DNA of 64,000 nt from Octopus vulgaris (Eukaryota). The DNA is taken from positions 6,820,001 through 6,884,000 of the forward strand of contig OX597821.1 in assembly GCA_951406725.2 (NCBI GenBank), written 5' to 3'. Each line of letters starts with the position of its first letter. Within the stretch, counting starts at the first letter, position 1. Below the pieces are notes generated by a model, which saw nothing but the letters and a program-made list of their open reading frames with translations, was not told where the DNA came from and did no database searches. Shown here one piece after another: positions 12,692 through 24,146 of this stretch. Both the position numbers and the translations under genes were made by a program.

Positions 12692-13216
12692 ACTAAATGG
12701 GACAAGAACGCAAACGCAAAACATCCGGTCAGCGAGGTGATACAAAAAGGGACAACAAAACATCCCGATACACGATACAAAGAAAACAAGGACGGGTCAT
12801 TCGAAGTTTTCTTTCCTCAGTCAAGCATCAGATTATCCTCGCAATTTCGGCTGATTATTCTTGAGATTGCTCCAATCTGGCCATCCCCAAGGAAAAACTA
12901 AGCTAAGAGCATAAATTCCTTGGAAGACAACAGCGAATGTATCCCAAAACAAGGATGGAAAAAACGGACAATGTTACACATATAAATACAATAAAAAATA
13001 CGATAAAAATAATAAGAGGACATAACAACAGGTGTCTTTCGACTAAGGACGAATTGAATTACGCTGGCGCGTGTGGAAATGAAGCCTTACGGCAGAGATG
13101 CAAGAGTTTCACAAACACAGGGAAGAATATCGATGTTGCACGGACAATGGTCAGACCAAGAAAGAAAGAGCAGGTTTGGGGAGAGAAGAGAGAGAGAAGT
13201 AGAAGCAGAGAGACAG
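12688..13216 (-). mobile_element. structured non-coding repeat abutting (TA)n; family also at 42318-42655 and 51372-51560
   Basis: Shares gggacaagaacgcaaa...cattcgaag...gcaatttcggctgatt...cttgagattgctccaatctgg...ttccttggaaga with the 42.3-kb copy. Confidence 0.8.
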
Positions 13217-13769
13217 AAGAATTAAGGATATGAATCAAACTGTTACAGTGGACATCCAAGCATGACATTCTCTCGTTAATTTATCGGGTATTTTCTACAG
13301 GGAGCCATTATTGCTCGTTATAATATGGTATACGAAAAATATAGAACAAAATAGAAAAGAAGCGTTACACAATAAAATGCAAATCGGAAATCAATACAGA
13401 GATACAAGCCCTGAAACCTGCCAAAACTTATTGTTGTACATATTTTTTAATCCGTCGCTGATGATTTTATCGCTTATGGTAGTGTTCTTAGGATTCTTTG
13501 CTGCCTACTGTAAAGTTCGCCAATAACTTGCCATTATTGCCGTTGCTTCGTTCTGCCAATGAAGCTGAGAATGCATCGAAACGATAATGAATGAATTGAT
13601 TTGGGTATTTTGTTGTTCTGAATGAAACATAAAGGACGAATGGAGGAAATATGAAAAATTGTCAATAAAAAAAAGGCTCGGCTCGAACATAGTGGTAACA
13701 TTAATATAAGCCCGCGCGCCCCCACTCACACGTACACACACACAAACACATGTGCACTCACACACACGC

Positions 13770-13806
<37 letters not shown>

Positions 13807-13861
13807 GTTTTTGTATTTATTTTGCAAGTTTCTTGAGGTGAATGCACGTGTTGAAACATAT

Positions 13862-13990
13862 TCTGCTGTATCTTGGGAGGGTCGTTATACTAATAATAAC
13901 CTCATGCACTGGTTCTAGTTCACTTCCTTATATTTTTATGTCAATCGATTACCTATTTAACCATTTAACTAATCATTTGTCTGATTAGTC
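13862..13990 (+). repeat. unclassified dispersed repeat, inverted copy at about 25340-25490
   Basis: gggagggtcgttatactaataataa...gcactggttc.agttcacttccttat versus the reverse complement ataaggaagtgcaactgagccagtgc...ttattattggcgtaatgaccctccc. Confidence 0.55.
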
Positions 13991-14308
13991 TTTCGGTCAA
14001 TCAATCAATGATCTAAGTTTGTCAAAGTCCGTTCGTCGCCGTTCGCGACATCACCAACGACATGCTCTCTTTGCTCCGGATCTGCTTCCTATACACACAA
14101 TTAGTTCCATACAATGAATTGCTAAGAATGCACAATATGCTTCGCTCTTAGTTGTAAGAGCGAAACAAATTGCACCCTTATGCACTCGTAGCAATCGAGT
14201 GCGTTTTGTATTATTATACCCTGCAAACATTGCGTTTAGTTTTGTAATATGTGCAATTTGAGTTGATGTTATACGTGGGCCGGAATAACAAGCCAATTGT
14301 TACATGTA

Positions 14309-15593
14309 CGAGGGGCGTTCAATAAGTAATGCCCCTGACCCACTTCCCATAGCAGTAGAGCAACGACACTTGGCACAGTTATTAGTCTTTTTCTACATAG
14401 GAACCACCCAGAGTTACGCATTTCTCCCATCGTTTGATACAGCTCTGGAGACCGTTTTTGTAGAAGAACCCAGCTTGGTCCTCCAACCTCAACGTGACTT
14501 CAGAAATCAAGGCTGCATCATCTGGGAAACGCTTTCCTTTCAAAAACAACTTCATGATTGGGAAGAGGTGAAAATCAGAGGGTGCAAGGTCAGGAAAGTA
14601 GGGGGGATGGGGAGGAGTTCATAGCCATACGCCTGTACTTCTGATCTGGCGACAAGCGAGTTGTGGACCGGAGCGTTGTCCTGCAGGAGGATGCCTTTGC
14701 TGATCTTGCCCCGCCTCTTGATTTTGATAGCTTCTCTTAATTTCCTCAAAAGTGAAGCATAATAGGCTCCTGTAATTGTGGCACCCTTTGCCAGGAAATC
14801 TGTCTTCACTACTCCGTCCTGGTCCCAGAAGACTGTGAGCATGACCTTGCCAGCGGAGGGCTGCACCCTTGCCTTCTTTGGAGGGTGAGTCACGGTGCTT
14901 CCACTGCATTGACTGGGCTTTGGTCTCTGGATCATCGTGATGGACCCAGGTTTCATCCTGTGTAATCAGTCTTTTGAAAAATTTTGACTCATCTTCTTGG
15001 CACATCTCCAAATTCACCCTCGAGCACTCGACGCGTTCTTGCTTCTGGAAAGGTGTGAGCAACCTGGGAATCCATCTGGCAGACACCTTATGCATATGCA
15101 AATGGTCATGAATGATAGTTTCCACAGACCCGGTACTAATCTTGACCTCATGGGCTATTTGGCGAATAGTTATGCGTCGATCTTCCAAAATGGCAGCCTC
15201 AACTTGACGGACAGATGCCTCATCAATGGCAGAAGGGGCCTCCAGATCTGGGAGCTGTTTCCACAGAGTTCCGACCATGTTTGAATTCACGATGCCAGCG
15301 TTTTACAAGGTCATATGATGGGGCATCATCACCATATGTTACTTTCATTTCATCAAAAGTCTCCCGTGGTGTGCGTCCTTTCAAATACAACAACCGGATC
15401 ACTGCTCGACACTCAACAGGCTCCATTTCACACTTGACTCGGTTCAAACACCTGTAAATCAGAAACCACAATTAATTCAGAGCTGTAATTTGCCACTTAC
15501 TCTATAGAGATATAAATGATTGCACATGCAAAATTTCAGCTAGATCAAACAACTGCAAGTGGGTCAGAGGCATTACTTATTGAACGTCCCTCG
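14309..15593 (-). mobile_element. full-length mariner (Tc1/mariner, DD34D) transposon
   Basis: 37-bp TIRs at 14309-14345 and 15557-15593 with 2 mismatches; TA duplication on both sides; 1285 bp. Confidence 0.97.
14382..15426 (-). pseudogene. mariner transposase, three frameshifts as assembled
   Basis: MEPVECRAVIRLLYLKG..., WIPRLL, ITQDETWV, LQDNAPVH, HPPYFPDLAPSDFHLFP, RWEKCV..GGSYVEKD*, spread over ORFs 15223-15471, 14619-15290 and 14552-14956. Confidence 0.92.
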
Positions 15594-15618
15594 TATGTAT
15601 GTATGTATGTATGCATGC

Positions 15619-15690
<72 letters not shown>

Positions 15691-15755
15691 CCTTATTTAG
15701 AACTCTTTAAACATAAAGATAAAGATAACTCTGTTCAAGATAAACATAACGTCGT

Positions 15756-15794
15756 AAGAAATTTGAAAAGCTAAACGCGAAACCGGTCTTTCTT
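15756..15794 (+). ncRNA. hammerhead-like motif with C3U/G8A core, in a (TA)n-flanked element (about 15688-15950)
   Basis: aagaaa t TTGAAAA gc-taaac-gc GAAA ccgg TC tttctt: 6-bp stem I, 2-bp stem II, palindromic ACCGGT stem III, GUC site. Confidence 0.5.
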
Positions 15795-15949
15795 CTAAAT
15801 TATGTCATTGTAAGAAAAATTTTTTAATATTCTTCAGACATATTGACGCAAATATATATATTTTTTAACCTTTAAGCCTTCTGTAGTTCTTTCACTTTTT
15901 ACTATTTTCTATATATTCAACCACGTGCTTTCACAAACCAACTTTCTTA

Positions 15950-16015
<66 letters not shown>

Positions 16016-16636
16016 AATTTATATATGTATGTGTGTGTATTATATATAGAGAAAGAAACAGAAACAAAGAGGAGAGCGAGGTGGAGAGATAAGTGAGAGA
16101 GAGATGGACGAGCAAGTGTTATGAATCAAAAGTAGCACTCAATATTTAAAACAGAGTTCAATGATTTCTTTTGGCAAACACACGTGGACTTGCTTACAAA
16201 ATCAAAAATCAACACACCACCCATGACTTTCGGAAACATTTTTTTACGCTCATAATTGTTGAAGCATGGAATAAAACTACCTGTATCAGTCATCAGCTGT
16301 CGAAACACTACACCCTTCAAAATCCCCATGCTTCCTAAATTCTGCCATCAGGACCCCTGAAGTTGTAATGCACCTGAAAACTGTATACAACAATTTTTTT
16401 TCATATTTGATATATTATTCGGAGTTTCAGATAAACTCCGGCACAAATTGGCTCAAATCCATACTCTTACTCATCTTTTCAACTCTTCTACGTATGAAGG
16501 AAGTGGACTAATTAACATCAACCTCATTCTCTAATTAAGGATCCTAAATGCAACGTTTGCTCTCTCCTGTTTCCTCACAGTAAACCTATTTATTCGTCTT
16601 TTGAACTCTAATTTGATGGAATGCTATGTTCTAGAT

Positions 16637-16767
16637 CACTAGTGCTTGGAAGGGATGTGTGTAGCGTATGATCATCGCATTGACCATGACAAAGTCGAGC
16701 AGAGAATCTGCATCAATTTTTGCCAAAAGCTTGGCGATAACTGCTCAGGGGCCTACACAAAGTTTTC
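16637..16767 (+). mobile_element. mariner 5' fragment
   Basis: EQRICINFCQKLGDNCSGAYTKF, a mariner N-terminal HTH; inverted homolog of 17100-17200. Confidence 0.75.
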
Positions 16768-16789
16768 ATTGTTTTCAACACAAACAAGA

Positions 16790-17348
16790 TCTTATGCAAC
16801 TGAAACCCGAGTGTCGTTTTGGTCAGCCTAAGCAGTTTTGACACAATCTTGGCAGACACGCGTCTCATACCCAAATCTTCAGTGGTAATGGGCTGAACTG
16901 AACCGTAACTAATATGCATATCCTCTGATAACTCATGGATAGGGATTTGATGATTTCCCCTGACAGCGGCACGGATATCTGCGATGTTTTTGTCAATTCT
17001 GTTGGTTGCAGGCCTCCCAGAACGTTCATCAATATCGAAATTTTTTCGGCCATCTTGAAAACGTCTGAACTATTCATACACTCCTCTCCATACACTTTCT
17101 GAAACTTTGCGTAGGCCTCTGAGCAGGTATCACCATGACAGCTTTCTCTGTCATGGTCAATGCGACGATCACACGCTACACACCTTCCTTCCAAGCACTG
17201 CTGTTAACAGCGGAAGTGGGCTAGGACATTAAAACTTATTGCATATGCACAGCAGAGTTCAAGATCAATCTTTGCTACGCGGCTTTACTCTGCATGCTTT
17301 AGCTTCGTTACTATGGCAACAGTCCGAATACAAATTGATCACACTTCG
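16790..17348 (-). mobile_element. decayed mariner, 5' half with TIR
   Basis: TIR-like tacgaagtgtgatcaatttgtattcgg at 17350; AYAKFQKVYGEECM, DERSGRP, ISYGSVQ...EDLGMRRVSAK. Confidence 0.85.
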
Positions 17349-17394
17349 TATTTCCCAGGGGAAAGGTCATTCTCTTCTATGCCTTGTTAGTTTT

Positions 17395-17605
17395 GTACTG
17401 TCTTCAATGCTTTTGTAACTTTGCTTTTTTCTATAGGTGTTGTTCCTACACAAACCCATTTTACCTCTGAGAAGAAGTTGTCCATATTAATCTGGTATTT
17501 ATCCTTTGACCTGTTCAGCATGGTGATCTTTACTAAGAGCTTGCGCTCCAGTGGCTTAGCTCTGAGGGTCATCGAGGCACGCAAGCTACCACGGTGCAAC
17601 AAGAA
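17395..17605 (-). mobile_element. RTE-type LINE 5' UTR fragment
   Basis: Minus strand cttgttgcaccgtggtagcttgcgtgcctcgatgaccctcagagctaagccactggag...caccatgctgaacaggtcaaagg resembles the conserved RTE 5' region. Confidence 0.6.
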
Positions 17606-17654
17606 CTGGACAGCGTGGCAATAAAACAGAAATTTAGCCTTGTAATTGATTCTG

Positions 17655-18602
17655 GTAGCGGTTGTGGTGATATAGTGGTCGAATTATAGTTGTAGCTGAT
17701 GGAAATTGTAGTGGTAGTGTTGTAGGTGTTGTAGTAGTGGTTTATGCTGTTGTTGGTGGAGGTGGTGATTGTAGCAGTGGTATTATAGTTGTTGTTTGTT
17801 GTTGGTGGTGACAGAGGTGGTGTTATAGCGGTTATTGTTGGTGGAAGTTGCGATGGTAGTGTTGTACTTGTTGGTGACGGTGGTTGTGGCGATGGTGTTC
17901 AAGTTTTTGTTCTCTACTTTTGGTTACAGCGGTAGTGGTCGTGGTGGGAGTAATGGTGGTCATGGTGGGAGAGAGTGGGGGGGTAACAGTGGTGGTGGTG
18001 GACTGTGATGATAGCAGTGGTGCTGTTGGTGGTGATGGTTCTGAGGGTGGTAGTGGTGGTGGTGGTGTTGATGGTAATAGTTATGACGTTGGTGGCAATG
18101 GTTGTGAGAGGTGGGTGATGATGGCGGTGGTGCTCATGGTGGTGGTAGTCGTTGCGATGAAGGTGGTGGTCATAGTGGTGGTGGCGGCGGTGGTGATGGT
18201 GGTAATGTTGGCGGCGATAGTGATGATGACTGTGATGGTTGTGGTGGTGATGGTATTACGTGTTATATTTGTTGTTGCTGTTGTGACGGGTAGTGGTAGA
18301 GTCACAGTTCTTATTGTTGTTGTTGTTGTTGCAGTCAGTGGACCACCGTTGCTAGACCGCTCCTCCAGCACGGTGTACAAACAGTCAACCATATTGCCTT
18401 AAGTACACCATACAAATACATTTGTGTGTTTAGCAAGAAAGTGTAATTTACTACAACAGAAGATGCAATTAGACTTGGTAGAGGTGGTGGTGGTGGCGGT
18501 GGTGGTAGTGGCGGTGGTGTTGGCGGCGGCGGCGGCGGTGGTGGTGGTGGCGGTGGTGGAGGCGGCGGTGGCGGCAGTAGTGGCGGTGGTGGTGGTGGTG
18601 GT

Positions 18603-18635
<33 letters not shown>

Positions 18636-18665
18636 GGCGGCGGCGGCGGTGGTGGTGGTGGTGAT
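17655..18665. repeat. (GGT/GTT/GGC)n low-complexity tracts
   Basis: Direct reading; explains the Val/Ala/Thr/His-rich ORFs. Confidence 0.9.
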
Positions 18666-19020
18666 AAAAGTTATTTTGTTGCGGTGCAGCAGATAATTGA
18701 AGGTGGGTTTCAACAGGTGATTTCTCGGTTGGAAATCCTTTACGATAGATGAATATATGTAAGCTTATTATACACACACACACACATACACACACACACA
18801 CACGCGTACCCACGCACACACACACACACACACACATTTATATATATATATATATATACACACACACAAGCAATATCAATTTTCCCGTGAATTTTTGCTT
18901 CTAAAATCTTTTCAGGTTACTGATGTTTCTGATTAAATAAAATACAGGTATTTGTACACTGGTGTTAATCAGTGTTCGGAAAGTCGATGTCGTACCTACA
19001 GAAATATATATATATATAAT

Positions 19021-19064
<44 letters not shown>

Positions 19065-19076
19065 AATGCATGTACA

Positions 19077-19400
19077 GCGAAGGCTCGTGGCTCAGTGTTT
19101 AGGGTGTTCGGTTCACAATCTAAGGTCACGAGTTCGATTCCCGGCGGCGCACTGTCTCCTTGAGCAAGACACTTTATTCCACGTCGCTTCAATCCACTCA
19201 ACTGGCAAAAATGAATTGTACCTGTTATTCAATAGGCCAGTCTTGTCAAATTCTATGTGACGCTGAACCTCCCTCGATACTTCGTTACAAGTACACGTGT
19301 CTGTGGAGTACTCAGCCACTTGCACGTTAATTACACGAACAGGCTGTTCCGTTGATCCCCTCAACTGGAACCCTCGTCGTCGTAACCGACGGAGTGCCAG
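19077..19400 (+). mobile_element. tRNA-derived SINE family C
   Basis: gtggctcagtgtttagggtg..gagttcgattccc head and CORE-like ccttgagcaagacac; related inverted copy at 35420-35718. Confidence 0.75.
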
Positions 19401-19445
19401 CATTGCATGCACTGCCGAATGTACGTTGTAACGTATGTATGGATA

Positions 19446-19984
19446 CTCTTTTACTTGTTTCAGTCATTTGACTGCGGCCATGCTGGAGCAACGCCTAATC
19501 TCTTTTGCCGAACCGCTAAGTTACAGGGACGTAAACACACCAGCATCGGTTGCCAAGAGATTGGGGGGGGGGGGCAAACACAGGCACACAAACATATACA
19601 CACACATACATATATACATATATACGACAGGCTTCTTTCAGTTTCCGTCTACCAAATCCACTCACAAGGCTTTGGTTGGCTCGAGGCTATAGTAGAAGAC
19701 ACCTGCCCAAGGGTCCACGCAATGGGACTGAACCCGGAACCATGTGATTGGTAAGCAAGCTACTTACCATACAGTGTCTCCTGCGCCTATGTATGTATTC
19801 TTTTTATTCTTTTATTCTTTTACTTGTCTCAGTCATTTTGACTGCGGCCATGCTGGAGCACCGCCTTTAGTCGAGCAAATTGGCCCCAGGACTTATTCTT
19901 TGTAAGCCTAGTACTTATTTTATCGGTCTCTTTTGCCGAACCGCTAAGTAAACACGCCAGCATCGTTTGTCAAGCAATGTTGGA

Positions 19985-20018
<34 letters not shown>

Positions 20019-20195
20019 ACGCACACACACACACACACGCAAATATATATATATATATACGACGGGCTTCTTTCAGTTTCCGTCTACCAAAGCTATAATA
20101 GAAGACAGTTACTCAAGATGTCACACAGTGGGATTGAACCCGGAACCATGTGGTTGGTAAGCAAGCTACTTACCACACAGCCACTCCTACGCCTA
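19446..20195 (-). mobile_element. two tandem SINE family A copies with internal deletions
   Basis: Tails ctcttttacttgtttcagtcatt at 19446 and 19810; heads at about 19789 and 20195. Confidence 0.9.
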
Positions 20196-20400
20196 CGTAT
20201 GTATGTTTTCCAATTTCGTTTTCTTTTCTTTTGTGTACTGTAGTTTAATGCCATAATCCTGCCTGGTAAGGCATTGTGGGACGTTGAATAAACTGTCGAT
20301 TTTTTTATCAATATATTCGTCTTATCTCTGATTACAGGTATATTAGTTTTGTTTCCTTAGATATATTTTGATAGTATTGTAATTTCTATTAAATCATGTA

Positions 20401-20615
20401 CTCTTTACTCTTTTACTTGTTTCAGTCATTTGACTGCGGCCATGCTGGAGCACCGCCTTTAGTCGTGCAAATCGACCCCGGGACTTATTCTTTGTAAGCC
20501 CAGTACTTATTCTATCGGTCTCTTTTGCCGAACCGCTAAGTGACGGGGACGTAAACACACCAGCATCGATTGTCAAGCAATGCTAGGGGGACAAACACAG
20601 ACAAACAAACATACA

Positions 20616-20686
<71 letters not shown>

Positions 20687-20846
20687 ACGATGGGCTTCTT
20701 TCAGTTTCCGTCTACCAAATCCACTCACGAGGCATTGGTCGGCCCGGGGCTATAGCAGAAGACACTTGCCCAAGGTGCCACGCAGTGGGACTGAACCCGG
20801 AACCATGTGGTTGGTTAGCAAGCTACTTACCACACAGCCACTCCTG
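20401..20846 (-). mobile_element. near full-length SINE family A flanked by a 108-bp direct repeat
   Basis: Complete body and tail; flanks 20293-20400 and 20844-20951 are near-identical. Confidence 0.92.
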
Positions 20847-21401
20847 TCGATTTTTTTATCAATATATTCGTCTTATCTCTGATTACAGGTATATTAGTTT
20901 TGTTTTCTTAGATATATTTTGATAGTATCGTAATTTTTATTAAATCTTGTAGTGCTTTTGTTTCGTTTTATTACTTTGTCTTTGTGTGGCTGTCAACGAC
21001 AAAACCAAATTTATTAGATTCAGGAATATAACTTTTTAACCAATCAAAATTTAAATGAAATAAACTAATTATAGAGATAAACACACAAACAGGAACTCTG
21101 TATTTTCCCAACTTTGAAGGGTGATTTCCCTTTAGTACACACACACCTACTGCACATTAAAAGATTGCAAACACAATAACTGCTTCTGGCCCGTAATATT
21201 TCGAGTAAATAAGCCAACATGGAGAATCGCAATTTATCAACATTATCAGACAAAACAAACGTGGGAGATAAATAGTTTGACGACATTATCAAACAATTCC
21301 CACGAGTGAGATGCAGTGTCTCCATCTTAGACACAAAAGTCTATTTACAAACTTTCCCTAAAAATATAGATACATGTGTGTAATCATGTACCTATGTACG
21401 A

Positions 21402-21889
21402 ACATACATACATACATACATACATACATACATACATACACACATACATAACATACATACATAACATACATACATACATACATACGTACATGCATACATA
21501 CATACATACATACATAACATACATACATACATATATACGTACATGCATACATACATACATACATACATACATACGTACATACATACATACATACATACAT
21601 ACATACATACATACATACATACATACATACATACATACATACGTACGTACATACATACATACATACATACATACATACATACATACATACATAACATACA
21701 TACATACATACATACATACATACATACGTACATGCATACATACATACATACATACGTACATACATGCATACATACGTACATACATACATACATGCATACA
21801 TACATACATACATACATACATACATACGTACATACATACATACACACATACATACATACATACATACATACATACATACATACATACGC

Positions 21890-21922
<33 letters not shown>

Positions 21923-22288
21923 CATACATACATACGTACGTACATACATGCATGCATACATACATACATACATACATACATACATAACATACATACATAC
22001 ATACATACGTACGTACATACATACATACATACATACATGCATACATACATACATAACATACATACATACATACATACATAACATACATACATACATACAT
22101 ACATACATACATACATACATACATACATAACATACATACATACATACGTACGTACGTACATACATACATACATACATACATACATACATACATACATAAC
22201 ATACATACATACATACATACATACATACATACATACATACATACATACATACATACATACGCACATACATGCATGCATGCATACATAC
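21402..22288. repeat. (TACA)n tetranucleotide array, about 890 bp
   Basis: Direct reading; source of the 300-aa MYVC ORFs. Confidence 0.97.
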
Positions 22289-22335
22289 AGACGTACATGT
22301 GTAAATGAATATGTATATGTAGATGTATTCTTCTA

Positions 22336-22566
22336 TTATTCTTTTATTCTTTTATTTGTTTCAGTCATTTGACTGCGGCCAGGCTAGAGCACCGCCTTTA
22401 GTCGAACAAATCGACGCCAGGACTTATTCTTTGTAAGCCTAGTATTTATTCTATGGGCTCTTTTGCCGAACCGCTAAGTTACGGGGACGTACACACAACA
22501 TCTTCAGTTGTCAAGAGATGGTGGGTGACGAATACAGACACAAACACACATACACACCCATACACA

Positions 22567-22598
<32 letters not shown>

Positions 22599-22710
22599 CG
22601 ATGGGCTTCTTTTAGTTTCCGTCTACTAAATCCACTTTGGTAGGGCCGAAGCTATGGTAGAAGACACTTCCCAAAGGTGCCACGCAATGGTGCCATGCAA
22701 TGGGACTGAC
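22336..22710 (-). mobile_element. SINE family A, 5' truncated
   Basis: Tail and body motifs match the other copies. Confidence 0.85.
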
Positions 22711-22834
22711 TCATATATAAATACATACACATATAAGAGAGATATCTTTAATATATATATATATGTATGTAGATATATATGAATATTATATTTATATATA
22801 TATACTTTATTGAAAAGCACCAGAAATATCACAA

Positions 22835-22878
22835 AATCTGTTACTCAGAGTTTCACGTTACCGTTCATGGGACAGATT
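22835..22878 (-). ncRNA. hammerhead motif with damaged core (CCCATGA)
   Basis: Minus strand aatctgt CCCATGA acg-gtaa-cgt GAAA ctctgag TA acagatt; stem I differs from the + copy but still pairs. Confidence 0.55.
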
Positions 22879-22884
22879 CTAAAC

Positions 22885-22930
22885 AAAACTGTCCGACGAA
22901 CGGGATCGTGAAACTCTGAGTAACAGTTTT
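22885..22930 (+). ncRNA. type I hammerhead ribozyme motif, U4C core variant
   Basis: aaaactgt CCGACGA acg-ggat-cgt GAAA ctctgag TA acagtttt; 8-bp stem I. Confidence 0.7.
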
Positions 22931-23391
22931 TGTGATGTTTCTGCTGCTTTTTAATACAGCATATTACTCTACCTCTGGTATTCGAGTACCATTTTTTCCA
23001 CCTTGTTTCGCATTTATGTGCTTACTCCGGTATATAACAATATACGCACATACATATGTATTATTTTATTATTTTTATCATTTTATCATTTTTAATATTA
23101 TAAAAACCAAATATAAATAGGAAATAGTGACATAACAAGGTACCAATTTTTGCTGGAAATAGTAGTCGATAACCGTACGACGCTATGTAAAGCTTTACTG
23201 GATGTTTGAGGCAAAGATGTGTGCAGGCACCTTGTTGTACCGCTATTTCGTATTTATAATTCTACCTTTATGGTACTTTATTTTGCTGGAAAATAATACT
23301 ATTGCATTGTAATAATATTTATAATTTGGGTCGCTACACAGTGTTCGGAAAGTCGATGTCGTACCTACAGAAATATATATATATAATACGT

Positions 23392-23432
<41 letters not shown>

Positions 23433-23749
23433 TAAATGAACACACACACACACACATGCATGTATATGACTTTCGAATGACCCGTTACTGCAGTATTCAT
23501 CCCGAGGTAACATCTCTTTTGAACTTGTGAGTTAAAAACATAATAAACATGAGAAAGAGATGAAAATTCTCCCCAACTGTGGCCAGCGAGAGTGCCAAAT
23601 GCATTTCGACATTTCAGAGCCCTTTTAGGGATCGGGACTCATGGCCAGTCACAAACTCAGACGGGAATTCGTCGTCTCTGATATAGAATTATGCATTCGC
23701 TGAATATATGCGTATATACGCACCCAGAAGGAAACGCATTTATACATTA

Positions 23750-24146
23750 CTAGCAGTATCGCCCGGCATTGCTCGTGTTTGTAAGGGAAATAACTATATA
23801 AGCATTTTTAGAGAGTTTTAGCCAAAAAATAGCAAAAAAATGCATTAAAAATGGGAAAAAAAATGATGGTAATTTTTTTAAAATTGTTGACTCATCGCAG
23901 ACATTTTTAGAGAGTTACTTCTCTTATATAATAGCGAAAAAATGCATTAAAATGGAAAAAAAATGATGGTAAATTTTTTTTAAATCGTAGACTTATTGTA
24001 GACGCGCGCTAATACCCAGAAGAGCTCGATATGAATCACGACTATAAGATACCCGCTTTTGGTTAAACTGCACCGCAAAATGTGGGTGTAGTTAGGAATC
24101 TAAATCGTAGGAGACAGACACAGAACTTCACTTTTATATATAAAGA
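23750..24146 (-). mobile_element. non-autonomous Helitron, complete ends
   Basis: Minus strand a|TCtttatatataaaag ... gatactgCTAG|t: TC start, CTAG end, insertion between A and T, no TSD; internal tandem duplication of about 100 bp. Confidence 0.85.

Larger units (their letters stand above)
22801..23036. mobile_element. head-to-head fold-back element carrying two inverted HHR motifs
   Basis: Arms of about 80 bp (22801-22878 and 22885-22964) plus a unique right extension; flanked by TA-rich sequence. Confidence 0.85.

Noticed and set aside
17884-18837. Val/Ala/His/Thr-rich ORFs resembling membrane or mucin proteins
   Set aside because: Produced by (GGT/GGC)n tracts that are open in several frames.
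21358-22298. ORFs of about 300 aa (MYVC/HTYI repeats), and similar ORFs at 10.4-11.1, 25.9-26.8, 51 and 57 kb
   Set aside because: Translations of stop-free microsatellites; no coding complexity.
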